Source of the DNA: Pelomyxa schiedti
Lineage: Eukaryota > Protista > Evosea
Reading direction: 5' to 3'
Assembly (NCBI GenBank): GCA_020536535.1
Contig: JAHLWZ010000874.1
Coordinates: 1-63,882, forward strand
DNA: 63,882 bases
The notes under the pieces were generated by a model. The model did not search any database, was not told the origin of the DNA, and was given only the letters and a program-made list of their open reading frames with translations. Shown here in pieces: positions 11,801 through 26,100 of this stretch. Both the position numbers and the translations under genes were made by a program. Position 1 is the stretch's first letter; every line of letters begins with the position of its first letter.

Positions 11801-13742
11801 AGAGGACTATCCCATAAAAAAAGTGAGGGAAATCTCCAAAGAGTAATTGTCAAGAAGCACATGACAATAAGACAGGGGAGACAGCAGAGGTCCAAAGCGG
11901 TTTCACCTAGAGCTTTCAGAGAAGACAGAGAGAAAATATGGAAGAATACATAGTTGCACTTGGACTTGAGTTTTAAATTTACAGTTGGTGTGGAGAGCCT
12001 ATTAATAAATTAAAGGACAATCCAATAGCACGACTGTGAATGTACATTGTAGATAACAACTATGGAGCGGTGAAGAGTCAGAGGAAGGAGTAAGACCCAG
12101 GGGATCAGAGACAAAACTAGAATACATTGTTCCATCAACGCCAATTGCACAGACGGCTGGTCACTTGGATTGAGTATAGCCCAGGAGAGCTGTTTTACGA
12201 CAGTGAGATATATGAGTTAAAGTGACTTTGACACCTGTGCACTAAGAGTTTTTGACTTCAAGTCTAATGTGGCAAATCCATACACTGTAAGAACCAAGAA
12301 AACCAGGCAAAGGCATGCTGCTATATCCATAAAGAGCAGTTCTATGACTCGGAGAGCAGACATCCATCTCGTTGGTGACGAGTGCTGCGAAGGAACTCAA
12401 ATAACTAACACAACTGCTTTTTCAAACCTTCTGTTTCACATCTCTGAGCAACCCAGGAAGTCTATACCCAGAAGGGACTATTAACAACACCACAATAAAA
12501 ATCACAAGCCAATCCACCAGGCCTAAAGGAACATAAGTAAATTTATTGACAGCAAATAAACAAACCTTCCAACCCGTGCTTAATGACTTGCTTTCGTAAG
12601 TCTGATAGATTGCTTGACTGTAAATAGGGTAAGGTTTTGGTGGATGTGCGTGGGAAAAAAAACATACAAATGACTGGAGTTCAATAAAGTGCCATGGAGC
12701 CAAAAACATGAACAGGCCAAAAAAGGAAAACGAAATTGCGTCTGCAACCCCCTCCCAGAAGAATACATAAAAGACAACCTTTTCGTACTCCCCTCTGTAC
12801 AGAATAACAAAGGGGGATGTATCTTGAGTTACCTGCATAAGAACAATATAAGATTGGGAGGAAATGGCTGAAGGAGTACTCGTTTTAATACTTGTGACAT
12901 GTACTTCCATCTCCAGGGAAAAGGGCCAAGCAAGAAAGGCAGAAATGCTACATCATACCATAGAATTCTGAAGTTGAAAAAAATAGCATCCCTCATGCAT
13001 TTTGAACGCAAAGCGTCATATACAAGAAAAGGGATTCTATTACCAAAGTGAATCTAGTAAATTTGTACTCTGACACATACCGCACTACAAAACATATTGT
13101 AATGAGCAGAATAATGAATGCTATGAAATCTTGTTGACTGTCCACTACTGATGAAAAATACTGTTTGAAACTTCCCCTATACCAAAGTCAGAACAAAAAG
13201 TAATAACAAGTTACAAAAGCAACATTGGCTTTATAATACGAAGGGAATCATGGAAAAGAAACATCGCAGAGAACACAAGAGTCAAGAACAGAAGGATCCC
13301 AGAAACGCAAATAGAACAAGACCAACCAAGCCTTTAAAGGAGTTAATCTCTGGAGGAGAAAAGGGGCTCAACTTGCAGTAAATTAGAAGGAGGAATAAGC
13401 CAGTTGAGGTACTCAATAAACTTAGTGGTAGCACAAAGAGCAAGAACACCCATCTTGGGAACCACAAGAAAAAATATGCCATTCTACTTGAATGAAACCA
13501 AACAGAGAGTGTTTCCTTTATAATAACGTTGATGATCTCACCCAAAAACAACCCCAATGACAGCCACAATAAGAACAAACGTGGGAAGAGTGAGGAAAAA
13601 AAGACTAGTAAGTTGAGCATTTTTAGCACACCTGGCTAGAAATCCAACTGAAGAACAGATACGGCAAGTTGCATAAAACAGCGAATATGAATGCCAGGAC
13701 CCAAAAACTCACCCTCACAAATCCTCTTGCAAATTCCGACAT
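8801..13742 (-). CDS. Large polytopic membrane protein built from repeated hydrophobic modules (unknown family)
   Basis: Chain of minus-strand hydrophobic exons with recurring D-(hydrophobic ~15)-[WY]R-x-P motifs (GPFPWRW, PSGYRLPGLL, ASLWRFPSLL). Ends are approximate and it could be two genes. Confidence 0.55.
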
Positions 13743-14752
13743 CAGTCGGTCACCCCAAAAAGTCGCCTCTCGACCAACAACCACAGACGGAACCAAATCC
13801 CACAATCCACTACGCCGTCTCGAGCTCCTTAACGATATTTACGCCGCCGCAGCCGCCGTTGACTTTCACTTCCAACAACCCCTTTTTGTGTTTTTTTGTT
13901 TTTTGGTACTTTAAACGGAGTAGTGGAAGAAGTGTGATGCTGGGGCGGAATATTACTCTGAGGTGGATACCTTTTTCTAGTGGCAAACGGGAGGTATGTG
14001 TGGGAAGGGAAAAGAAAAAAGAACAAAAATCTGGACAAGTTGCTGCTTGCCCGGTTGGTTTTTTCTCGTTTCTTGTTTGTGTGATGAAAGTGCTGCTTTT
14101 CCGTAAAAGGCTTCTCCCCCTTTCGCGGTTTGTTTTCTTCGACATAGATTAGAGTCTGTTCCTCTTCGAGTCGGACGTCCTTGTTGCGTTTGCAATTCGG
14201 ACTGCTATGAGGAGATTCTTCAACTCGATCTTCCCACAGTGCCCATACCGCCAAGTGATTCGCAGCCAAGTAAAAGGCTGGGTAAAATCTTGCACATCAA
14301 GTAGGTGGCACAACACTAGTAAACCAGCCACTGTGGCCTGATTCTATGAGATGGATTGTCCCCTCCTGTTACGGGAACTGATATTGCCAAATTAGTTGAA
14401 ATTCCTGAACAGACTCTGTTATACGGTGTTGGCGGGAACCGAGAAAACGGGGCACGGGAAGAGAATGTGGGTGGGTCCGCTCCGGGAAATGAGTGGGTCT
14501 CCCGAATCTGCTTGAGAATCTCTTATTTAAATTTCTGCTTACAAAGTCCTGAGGAACAACGACGGTGAGGCAAAGGACAAGTTGAGGAACCAGCCGAAAA
14601 GCAAACCTAAGACATCTTGGCCCATGTTGATAGCCCCACACGGCCAGAATTTGGGTGGGTCCACTCCCAGAAACGCGTTTCTCTGAAAAGGGAAATCTCC
14701 GAGAAGGGAAACTAATTAGGAAAAAAAATCTGAAAAACCATCAGCAAGTCTC

Positions 14753-15742
14753 ATGGACGTCGCGACCAAGCGACTAAGCGCGGAATTGCGACTTCTACTC
14801 AAAGATCCACCCCCTAACATAGAGGCTTATCCACATCCCGACAACATTCTGGAGTGGCACTATGTCATACATGGTTTGTGCAACAACATCTTAATTTTTT
14901 TTTGTTTTAATCAAGTTTAACAATAGGTCCTACTGGCACGCCGTACGAAGGTTATTTATGGAAGTCTTGCGTTGGAATTCTCCTTACCTTTTTTTTGCAG
15001 GTGGTTTTTACCATGGCACTTTGAGGTTCCCTCCTACCTACCCTATGCAAGTACATCTTCCCCATGTTTTTCGCGGTGTTGGCTCCGTTTTGACTAGGGT
15101 CACAGCCGCCCTCTATCTCGATGGTAACTCCCAATGGCCGATTCAAGCCCTCAACTCGACTTTGCTTATCAATGAGTGATTGTGCGTTTCCTATCTACCA
15201 AGTATCGGGAACACACACCAAGTAGCATCAAGTTTGTTTTGTGGTGTCTCTCTTCAGCTCACTTGCTTCCCCAAAAAGATCACCCTGAAATGTGGAACCC
15301 AATGTGGTCTGTTTCATCTATTCTGACCGGCTTGCTTTCTTTCATGGTGCCGACATTTTATTTGATTTTTTCCCAGTCACTAATTTACTACAATTAGTTG
15401 GAGGATACACCAACAGCTGGCTCTATGGATTCAACTCAAACAGAGAAAATCCAGTTCGCCCAAGATTCCCTTGTTTTCAATTCAAAGGACAAGATATTCA
15501 AAATGCTGTTTCCACACCTTGTGCCCAAGGTCTCCAAATCAAACACACAAAAGCACAAGAAGGCCCCTCTGAGCTCTAACAGTGATACTGTGACTACACC
15601 CACACAAGGAACTACCACCACTGCACCAACCAATGGTGTGCTTCCACTCCAACAGACCCACAGCTGCAGAATTCCCATATTTGTGGGCCTCTGTGTTCTT
15701 CTGGTTGTGGTATTTCTTGTCTTCCTCTTCTACACCCACTGA
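14753..15742 (+). CDS. UBE2J: Tail-anchored ubiquitin-conjugating enzyme E2 J2/Ubc6
   Basis: [72 protein letters not shown], C-terminal TM; 5 GT-AG introns. Confidence 0.95.
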
Positions 15743-15817
15743 ATAACCCCAAATAAATTTTGTTGTTACCTCATTTTGACTTAAATACAAAGTGCAATTA
15801 CATGTATGGGTTGAGGG

Positions 15818-18800
15818 TTATGAACCATTCTTTGTCCTATCCCAGAAACCAGCACCATAAAGCTGGTCAGAGAGTGGATATTCCTTCCGAATTTGTTCTC
15901 CACAGTCCTTGCCAAGTGTGCAAACAACAAGTCCGTTTAGAATCACACTGTGGTCTTTGACCTTGGTACAGGTGAGAATAGAGTTGACAACAAAAAAAGC
16001 AAACAAACCTTGGGCCCACCATCCAACACAAAATTGAAAATAGTAAAAGAGGGGAGGGGAACGGGTGTTGGTGCAGCAACATCGGAACTTCGCTGCCACT
16101 TGTTATTAATGAAAACAGGGTGCCCGGTTGTGAGACCAACTCCATTCAAGTACACCATTCTTTGGAGTTGTGTTTAGTTAATTATTTATCCCAGAAGGGG
16201 AAGAGACATGCATGAATGGTTTTTCTATTTTCTTGGTGTGGATTTCCTTAATAACCCTGGCACAGTAGAGCTCAGACATTACAGAGTCACCAACTTTTAT
16301 TTCATCCACCCGACTGACAAGACAACAGTAAGCGAAAACAATCAGGTGCATACCAAGTGGTGAGATCAGCTCGGAGGATTATGGCGTCTCCAAGAAAACA
16401 TTCCAACTTTGTGCCGTAGGGGTAACAAAATGGGGGTGCAGGTTTCTGATTAGGGATCAGATTTCACCTTTAATTTCAGAAGTGTACATCCCACAGTGGA
16501 GGTGTATATTTCAATACACCTGGGGAAGGATTTATACACAATGCGAAACAAGAAAGGTCTTCACGGAGTCATTACACATACAAAATTGAAGGGAAACATT
16601 GTTGTTTAAGATTGACTCCTGTCCTCATTGATTCAGGAAGAAAACGGGCCCAAAATGTATCATCACTGCAAAGATTGTAGAAGTACCTGGAAGTCTTGAT
16701 TGCGTGGTTAAGCTTTTCAGTACAAAAATGTGTACTCACGTGACTCAGTCGGCACAAATCTATCCATCCTAAGCAAGAGAATATGATGCTCCACACATCT
16801 GAAGGCAAACAAATAGAAGGAGTAAACACAGAAAGAATGTGGCCATCCCCAAGGATTTCTGGCCTTTCTTTGCGCCACATTCCACAAGAGATGATAAGAG
16901 ACATGCCGTTAGCCACAACAGAGTGAAACTAGGAAGAAATTAAAAATTATCACCTCAAGATTACCTGCCTCTCGTGCAACTGGAAGGGAATTTGACAAAA
17001 TTCTTGCCCATGTAAATGTTACTAAATCCAATCTTTTCTTGAGTGAGAGTTTTCCCTTGAGAAAATAATACTCCCTACTTGAATACTTCACACAGGGGAT
17101 TCTGATTGGAAGATCCAACAAGGAAGAAAGCTTTCTCCACAGGCCAAAAGCACCCCACATGTCCACGTTGTGGGGTAGGTTGCACTGAACCTGTTGTAGG
17201 AATGTGTGTCCAGCTCGCAGAAGTAAGCCTGGCTTCTGCGATAGCAGACAAGGTATTCAAGTCTAGAGCCCACAGGTCACTCAGTTTACAATTCCGGGGC
17301 CCAAGTCCTCCATATACATACAAAACCCTGGCATTATGTATGTTGATTAAGTTAGGATGAGCAAGCTCTTTTGAGACCTGTTTCTCACAAAAGCATTATG
17401 ATGGTATCTGGGAGGAGGAGATGCTGACACTTGTAGGGAAGTCCAAGTATTAGTTCGAAGAGAGTAAGCTTGGAGAAAATGAAAATTTAAAATAAGAGAA
17501 TGAACCTCACCAAAGAATTGAGAGCAGGCTCCTGCAGGAGAACACCCACCAAATAAGAAAAGATGATCAGTATCACTGCTACAGTTTAGAAATTATAGGA
17601 AGAGCAAGGGGATGACTCAACTGCACAAGAGAGGCACCGTAAGTAGTTGCTGGTACACTACCTTCCTCCTCTGTGTGAGGGAAGAGTGTTGCCCAGGTAT
17701 GTTCAATCATGTTGAAGGCTACAAGGCGGTTTGTGTGAAATCCGGCATGTAACCCACCAAATATGAAAGCAGTTCCATCGCCATTGGTGCAAGTGGCTGG
17801 AAATGACCCAACCCCTAAGAATTTGGTTCCTGGTGTACAAGAGGAGGAAAAGGCAAAGGCAGGGGAAGAAGAGGGAGTTGTAGCTGTGGGATCATGTATT
17901 GAACTAGTAATTGTATCAGATCGCTCCAGAGGGATCCACTGAGGTACGGGTCGACTAATATCAAGCACTCGGCAAGGCGAAAGGCGTAATTCCCTTTCTG
18001 GCCCTGTTCCACCGAAGACGAAGAGGCAATTGCTGTATACAACAGATGTATGGCCATAGCTTTTTTCAACTCTCACTATCCAATAGAAACCCAACAGATA
18101 TACCTAGGAAACTCTTGATTTCTGGAGCTTCTTCCAAATAATTCCTTCATAGAATGTGTTTCACTTGTCTTTTTCCCAAAAAGAAATGAAAAAAGCCTCT
18201 CTGAAGAGATTTAGATTGAACACAGACAGTATCCAGACAAAACTTGGTGGTTGTGGTGGCTCTGGATTTTCCATGGGCAGGACACCAGGTATTCTTACAT
18301 TGAGGAGAGCGCCTATATGATTGAGAAGTCGATTAATTCCTTGACCTTGAGAGTAGTTATTATCTGATGACCACATGTGATACCTACCACTTTGGGTGCT
18401 GACCTCAATTGCTGCATGAAGTCCCATTTTTGAGCACGCCTTAAAAGATTTTATCCTGCAGAGTCAAGGTCTCAGTACTTACATCACGAATCTCCTCCTT
18501 AGAGATCAGCTTCGACGGTGATTTGGTATATCTCAGCTCAGCACCAATTCCAACTAGAATTAGAGTGGCAGAGGGTGCTTCTGTTTGGGCCTCTGGAAAA
18601 TACTAGGGGAAAAAAAAAACGGAGGATAAGCAAAAATCGTGGAATTCTAATCGGGAGGGACGTAAGTACAGTGTCAAGCATGTACTGCATAGATGGTGGG
18701 TAATCTATCTGGCAGCATAGCAGAACTACTGCAGCCGCAGCAAAGCTATTGTATCTGTGGGACCAATCCTCCCACTCACCGACGTTGAGCGGACCCACAC

Positions 18801-19050
18801 CTTAAAAAGGTCACTCACCACATAAACAGAGTAGTGGGATGCCACATGGACCTTCAAACAATACAGCTCTATGTGATACTTTTGAATTGAGTGGATTACA
18901 CCACAAAATAAAAGAAAATAAAAAAAGTACCTTTGGGTGGTCCTGGTATTTTAGCATTTAATGCATCACGCAAATCCCACTACAAAAGAAAATGGGAGCA
19001 TTGACGGAGGGAAAAAAAAGGTTATGGGTGACCCCAGGTACATCTACACA
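15818..19050 (-). CDS. Degenerate Rho-like GTPase + Kelch repeats + F-box + C-terminal Hint (Vint-type) domain protein
   Basis: Exons from ~18800 to 15818 splice into one frame: AVVLLCCQID/YFPEAQTEAPSATLILVGIGAELR/IEVSTQSGQGI (Rho-like); about 5-6 Kelch blades (GHTSVVYSNCLFVFGG, AFIFGG, LFLFGG, LYVYGG); LPSDVWSIIFSCLGWIDLCRLSH (F-box); CFLGDA..VGDSV, TTGHPV, FNFVLD..HSVILNGLVVCTLG (Hint). N-terminus unresolved. Confidence 0.8.
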
Positions 19051-19486
19051 CGATTGAACAATATCCTGAGAGCACCACAACTCGCGAGTTGGGGTCAAAC
19101 ATCACAACCAGGCAGAATTGTGTTGCGACGGTCAACCGGGCAAATCTCAGGCTTCGAAGAAATCACCCAGCTGATTGGTGTCGAAGGAAGATTGAGCCAA
19201 AGGGGAGCTTGGAAGTGGTGCTCACTGAAAAGCTAGCCGTTGTAGCTGGTACAACTGGGTAGTGAGACAGAGTAGCCCCCCAGGATCTATTGGGTTCCAA
19301 TCCGGTTCCAGGAATGTTTTTCTTAGATTCTTCAAGGAACCAGCGATCACAAAATTTTGTGATCCAACTGAAAGTTGTGAATGAGAAGCCTGAGAAAGAT
19401 AAACGAGGAGACCCAAGGCGTACTTAGTGTCGAGGATGAACGTTGTTTTTCGTTTTTTTCCTTTTGGAGAGCGGCCAGGGAAATTA

Positions 19487-21688
19487 ATGCTTTTTTTTCA
19501 AGATGAAAATAAGCACAAGCCTACTTGTTGTAATTTAAGCACGAAACAAACTGTATTGGTTTCTACGATACTTATATGTGCTCTCATTGTGTTTCTGGCA
19601 GTAGGTAATAGTGAATGCATTCATATTTTTCTTACAACCTAAATTTCTCCTCTGTCAGCTATTACTGTCAGTGTACTCCTTGCAAATTATTGGGAAGTGT
19701 ACATACTGGAAGATAATGTGTCTGTGTCAAGGACACTGAGGACTTTGTCTGATTTGCAAGATATTGCCAATCAACATGTAATGTCACGTAATGACTATTC
19801 TGGGTAGGTAGCCAACAAGAAAATGACCTTGGTAACACTCCCCTCATTCTTAAGTGGCTACAATGCTTCTGTTGAGTATATTCTATCCAAGCTTCAGAAT
19901 ACCAATCTTCACGTTTACACACAAACTTTTGATTTTGTCTTTTGGCAAGAACATGACGATTCAATGTACTTGCGAGTGAGTTCAACAGGTGGTACAGGCA
20001 CCTTGCAATATGATTACTATCAAGACTTTCGAGTGGGTGAACTTCATTCCTTGGACGCCAACCTCAGAATCCTGATACCCTTTAGGTCTGTCAATATTCT
20101 CCTAGTGGTGTAATAAGCAATGCCGGTGTTGGTGCTGTTGCAAACGGTGGGTGCCTTGACTCTGATTGGGCGGGTACAAAAATCTCCTCTTGAAGAAAAA
20201 TTTATACTCATGGTGAAAAGGGTTCACACCTGGTCTTGTGGCAGTTATTCCAACAACAGCTACATGTGACTACGATACTAAACTTTATATGGGAGAAAAG
20301 TTTGGAGTTAAGTACTTTGGTGCATACTAACCCACAGAAGATATGGTGCCTCAATGATCATAGATTACAATATACAAGATTCAAGTGTTCCCTTGTGGTG
20401 CAGCCTGTACAAAGTGCACACTACTCCATACATCACCGTAAAGACTCCCATCGCCAATATGTTGACAATGTTTGGACCCTTAGCTGTAATTAATGCTGAG
20501 GTTAGTGAGTAATTTTTTTCCCCCGTATTTCACATTATGATAAAAGGTCGAAACATCAGATATACCACTTACAACGTGCAACGTCTTGGCTGAGACTGTA
20601 GATGGGGATGTAAATAATACAGTTGCAATCGGAGCTCACTTGGATGCCTATCGTGTATGACATGATTTCTGTGGCATTTCCTAAAGATTAAATTCCAGGG
20701 TTCGGGAATAAATGACAACGGGAGTGGTAGCATGGCCCTTCTTGAGCTCGCCCTGGCTGTGGATGCCTCCGAGTTATCTCCTTTTTTTTTCTGATGCTTC
20801 ATACTTAATCTGTACTTCAGTCAAAGCCTATGGTTAAAAAACAAAATTCTCTTTGGGTGGTGGGCCGTTGAGGAGCAAGATAAAAAGGGCTCCAAGTACT
20901 TTCTATCTGTATGTCTCAATCCCTTTCATGCAAGTTTCCAAACAGGCATATAGCACTTGAATGAAACCAATCTCAGTATAGCTTGCTACTTAAACATGGA
21001 CATGATAGCCAGTCCCAATTATATCATCTATGTCCTAAATGGAAGTCAGCTGCATACAACCGACAATTATACACATTCCGGAAACATCCAGCTTCAGGTA
21101 AGGTCCTATCTCATGAACTACACTTTAAAACTTTCCCTCAGAACATGTTTATGGACTACTACGATTCGCAAAATGTTCCGTACGTCATAAATCGCATTAA
21201 CGGTGAATGGTCAGATTTTTCTGCTTTCCTGTCAGCCAACACCCCAACCACAAGTACTGAGACGGGTGCATGTAAGTATAAATCTTTCATACTATTACAG
21301 GCGGGGTAAGTCTAATATGTTAACACAAAGGGGATTTGAAAACTGTTCAAACCAGAGCACTGTTTGGGGGACTTGCTGGTGCCCCAGTAAGGATTGCATT
21401 TTTTCTTTTGTTTCCCGTCTTTTTATATACGTTGCCCAGGCTGATCCATGTTACCACACATCTTGTGATACAGAGGACAACATTTCCGAGGACGCCCTAT
21501 CTATATCATGCAAGCATATTCTTTCTCAGTGATCCTCCTATCCTTTCCACTGACTTGTTCCAGTGCACTCCAATGCGCATGTTCTTCAGAAACTAGCCGA
21601 GAATGAGGGCCTCAGAGAATTCCTGGCTTCCGGAACACCGCAGACTCCTCACAACCCTTCTTTCTCCTTCTCCTCCTATGAGGTCTAA
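19487..21688 (+). CDS. M28 family aminopeptidase with PA domain and N-terminal TM
   Basis: IGAHLD, GINDNGSG, WWAVEE, LNMDMIASPN, SDFSAF, DPCYHTSCDT. Confidence 0.9.
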
Positions 21689-21771
21689 TAAACACCCCAC
21701 ACCCCACATGTTGTATGCATCAAGAGCCACTTTTAAAGACCGCTTCTTTTGCTTTTTATTGGAAAAAAAAA

Positions 21772-23032
21772 ATGTTGTACGAATCGCCCGATTCACCCGA
21801 TGACGCGCGAACCGTCACAACAACGACCACCTCCACGTCGACAACGGCAACAAATCCCCTCGCAACCTCTCCCGACAACTCCAATTATGGGACCTGTACA
21901 GCAGTAGTGCCAAAGCAACCCCCAACCACCGCTGTACCCCAGAATTCTGCAACTGCAAATGCGGCGACGACGGCAGCAACAACGACGACGGCATCGGCAG
22001 CAGCAAAAACAGACATGTCGGGCACAACCCACAATGAAGGCGTGGCCACGTCGCAGCCAAGTGAAATGCCAGCCGTGGTCACACTCACGGAGAGCCCTCC
22101 CCCAGCCAACCTCCTCAAAATTACTACTGATGACGCGGGGCTGGACGACGTAGACAGGCTCATACAGCAACTAGGCATGGAGCACATCTCCTCGTCCACC
22201 CGACAACATTCATCGTCGCCGTCATCATCACCAACCGCCACCACAACGACAACAACCTCCACGTCAGCGTCATCGTCACCAACTTCGGTGAGTCCGCCAA
22301 AGGGCGCGCAGCCGAACAAGCTTATCGACGAGGAGCAAAAGGAGTGCAGCTATCCCTGGCTCACAAATGCCAAGGCCAGCATACTGTGGACTCTGCATGG
22401 CGGCGGCGGCGGTGGTGGTGGTGGTGGTGGGGAACACAAGGCGCAACCGCAGGCTGAAAGGAAGGCAGTGCCGGAACCCAAGGAGGTGTCGCCGCTGCCG
22501 AGCGTCCCGGAATTGCAGGCAGTTCTGAGTGATGATTTGAGGTGTGTGTGAGTGGTCCAAGGTGTTGTTTGTGCTGGATGGGTTCGTTTTGGGTGGGGGG
22601 CGGGGGGACAGGCTACCTGTGCTTTTTAACTTGTCAAGGCCAATTTCGTCGGGTGTCAAAGATGCTTTGGAGATATGCAGGTCATAAGTGACTACACCAC
22701 TATAATATAAAGAGTAAGTAGACTGAAGTGGCGGGGGAATTCCAAAAGAGTGGATACTACAAACACAACTCTTAAACACTCCCAACAGAGACCACATTGA
22801 AGAACTCCCTGTTGTCCAACACATGCTGTTCAAAATTGCCACAACCAAGCACAAATCGCAACTTGAGAAACAACAGCAGCAGCAACAGAATCAAAGACCA
22901 CCGCCAAATGAGGAAGAGCAGAGCATTTTGCAAATGGACTCAGTTGTTGGCCCCCTTCCCTCTGTGCCTGGTGCCAACAATGTCCCCCCACCAATGGGAG
23001 ACCCAAGCAAACCCCTCAACAACACTTCTTAG
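21772..23032 (+). CDS. Hypothetical protein, T/S/A-rich N-terminus, poly-Gly and poly-Gln tracts
   Basis: GC-rich long first exon plus two spliceable GT-AG introns; no recognised domain. Confidence 0.6.
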
Positions 23033-23160
23033 TGCCATCACACTCAAGAAATACACCTGTTACACTTTGAAAAGGTGTCCCTTTGCACACAAAACGATGT
23101 TTCCATTTTTGTCCCTTACAAGTAAACACAGTACGTGTGTGTTTAGAGGCTGGGTGTTGC

Positions 23161-26100
23161 TCAGCTCACAACGAACCTCCCATCCTCATCAAATACCACT
23201 GTCCGGCCAGAGCTTGTTGTGATAACAACACGGCCAACGTGCCCAGGTTGACCACCGGCGCGGCCCCCTTCCCCGACTGTGCCCCTATTGCTGTCTGGGT
23301 CCTCGGGGTTGGGGCAGTGCCAGTCGCGTGCGTTCACAACGCGGAACTCTGTGGTAATGTCTTCAAGGTGTGAGGCCGCACCCCCTCCGCCTCCGCCGCC
23401 AAGTTGCGTCCCGCCGGGGTTTGTGCTTCCACCGGCCCCATTTGAGCACTCCCCTGAGCAGTCTTGGTCCCCACCCTTGCCTCCCCCGCCTTCGCCACTG
23501 GCTCCTGTGTAAGAGGCACTCCCAACAACTCCCGCACTCCCACCCCCTCCGCCGCCATTTTCGCCAGGAGAAAGGTCGGAGTTGCCGGCCCACTCCCCTC
23601 CATTGCCACCTCTCCCAACTTTACCATTGTGAGTGCCCCCACCCCCACCGCCTCCAGTGCCCCCATACTTCCCGGATGGCGCACCACCACCACCACCGGC
23701 ACCAAGCAGCACCAGGCCCTTGTATTCTGGGCACTTGGAGCATTTTTTGATGGTCACATGGGAGCTTCCTCCACCTCCCCCAGCCCCGTAGTTTTTTCCT
23801 CCATTGCCACCGTTGGGAGCACCACCTGCACAGGTAGAGCTTTTGCCTGGTGGTGGTGGGTGTGGCACACAGGTCCCGCCTTTTCCAACTGTAACAAACA
23901 GTTCATCACCATTTGCACATGACCACTTGGCCATACAGAACCCACCAGCACCACCGTTGGTCCCTTGTTCAACAGAGTATCCCCCTGCCCCACCACCACC
24001 CCACATCTTAATAGTGCAAATCACTGTGCTAACTATGTAGTTAAAGTCAGAAATAAAACGGTAAATAAGAACACACAATGTATAACCACAGGGACAGATT
24101 GTCGTTTCGCAACACTTACAACAATGGGCCCTGACTCCTGAGTCAGATGTGGAGCACTACACGTGATCATCTGATGTGGCTCAGTAATTAATATGTTCTT
24201 GCATGGAAGGCCTATTCTCAGTTAAATAAGAAAAAGAAGGGTGGTGCCAACCACAAACAGTAACATCAACGTCTGAAGCTTTAGTTCCAAACCCTGTCCC
24301 TGCTATCTTCATGTTGAGGCAGTCTGAGGCCAAGAACACCAAACAAGTTCTTATTACGGGCTCTGTTTGCTGTTAGTTTCGAGTAAAATTCCTTGGGGGA
24401 AACCTTGATAAGAAAATTTGACCTTGCTTTGGGATCGGACTTGGCCCACTCTCATAAAAACATCATACCCAGTGCCAATTCCCTCAGATACACAAAAAGA
24501 AATATGTGAACCAGGTTGAATGACTCCAATATTTGTGCAATGTATTCCAGGTATTTCTACTGATATTTCACATTGTTTCACACTGGGGGGCCATGTGCCT
24601 CTAAGATGTACAATACCTCCAGAAGTTGTCGCATCTGAAATGGAATCCACAACTACTGGGACTGCTCTCGGTTAGAAGAATTTCATCATGGAGTGTCTTC
24701 TCACTTGATGATATGGTAATCATGGTAGGGATCATTTGAAGAACTTGACGAGCTTGCTGAAGGTCAAATGTTGTAGCAAAAGAAAAAGATGGTTGTAAAA
24801 GTCCAGAAGGAATTGTCGCTATCTATCTTTGTGGTGAGTGGTGGGTAAAATGGACAGTCATATTCAACTGGTTGTAGAACTGCATCAATGGCCGGCAACT
24901 GACTTCTAGCTTCGAATGCACTGTCTTCAACGGAACTTATTTTCTGAAGATGGTGAAGTATACTATCTCGCACAAAAGTGAACATCCCCAGCTGCTCTAA
25001 CAGTTGGGATACTACAATTGAAGTTATTAGGGAGGCAGAAAATTGGTTCTTTACTCTGTGAGGCATGTGTGGTATAAGATTTTTCAACCATGCTGCTTTC
25101 AAGATTTCGTAATTGTGCCGTCATTTCTTCTACTATACAGTGCACTTCAGTTTCAAATTTTGAGTGATCCTACCCTCAATTAAATCTTAAATAACGGAGG
25201 ATTTGGTACACACTTTTTGGATTTCCGTTAAAGAGTCATTAATGACAGAAATTGCGGTGTTGAGTGTGCTAGTTTGGCTCCTAACAGCCTCCACTTTTAA
25301 AGATATACTTTCAAACTGCCCTCGAGAGTACTCTTGAAGCGAAACTATTTTGTGATCCTATATTGAATGTAAAGACAAAAAGATACCAGTAATTAATCAC
25401 CTTGTGGTTCAAAACTGCGCACATTGTGCAAATTGGGTGCAGGTCTGTCAAACAAAAAAGTTTCCGTTTCTCATTGTCGTGGAGCTCACAGAGACCTAAA
25501 GGAAGAAAAAATGGTAAAATGAAGGGAAAAATTACGTAGACACAACAACTTGTGTTTTTTTCAGTCACAGGGGATTGCCGCTTGTGTGATGACATCCACT
25601 TGAACCCATGTGAAGAAGACCAGCACTTATCACAAAGTAGAACTGGTGATGGTGAGGCCTGTGAACAAGTCTCACACAGAATTGTGGCAGATTCGTTGCA
25701 GGAAATGCAGTGCGTCAGCTGGGATTCTGGTTCTTTTTCAAGTTTAAGTGGCCACAAATGCACACGATAGTTATAAATAACCTGGGACAGGATAAGTTTT
25801 TTCAAGCTGGTCAATCAGTGAGTCAACAAAATACACAAACTTGCAGTGAGCTTCTGTTGGACCGAAAGATACTTTTGAGGGCGGAAAGTGTGCCAGAGTC
25901 TCAGGTAGTAGGGGAGGTTGCACATTGAGTATTACCGCTGTTGCACCAGCTTGACAGTTGTTACACATGGTTCCCAAGAGTAAGTGCGGTACCTTCACAT
26001 ATAGGAACCATGATGGTGGTTACCTTGTGGCACTTCATGCACGCCACTTCAACGATTCTAGCATCCCTTTTTTCTTAGTTATTTAATACTCATTATTGAA

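Noticed and set aside
13936-14600. Possible small spliced gene between the membrane-protein gene and UBE2J
   Set aside because: Splice-like signals exist, but no consistent frame or homology could be established.
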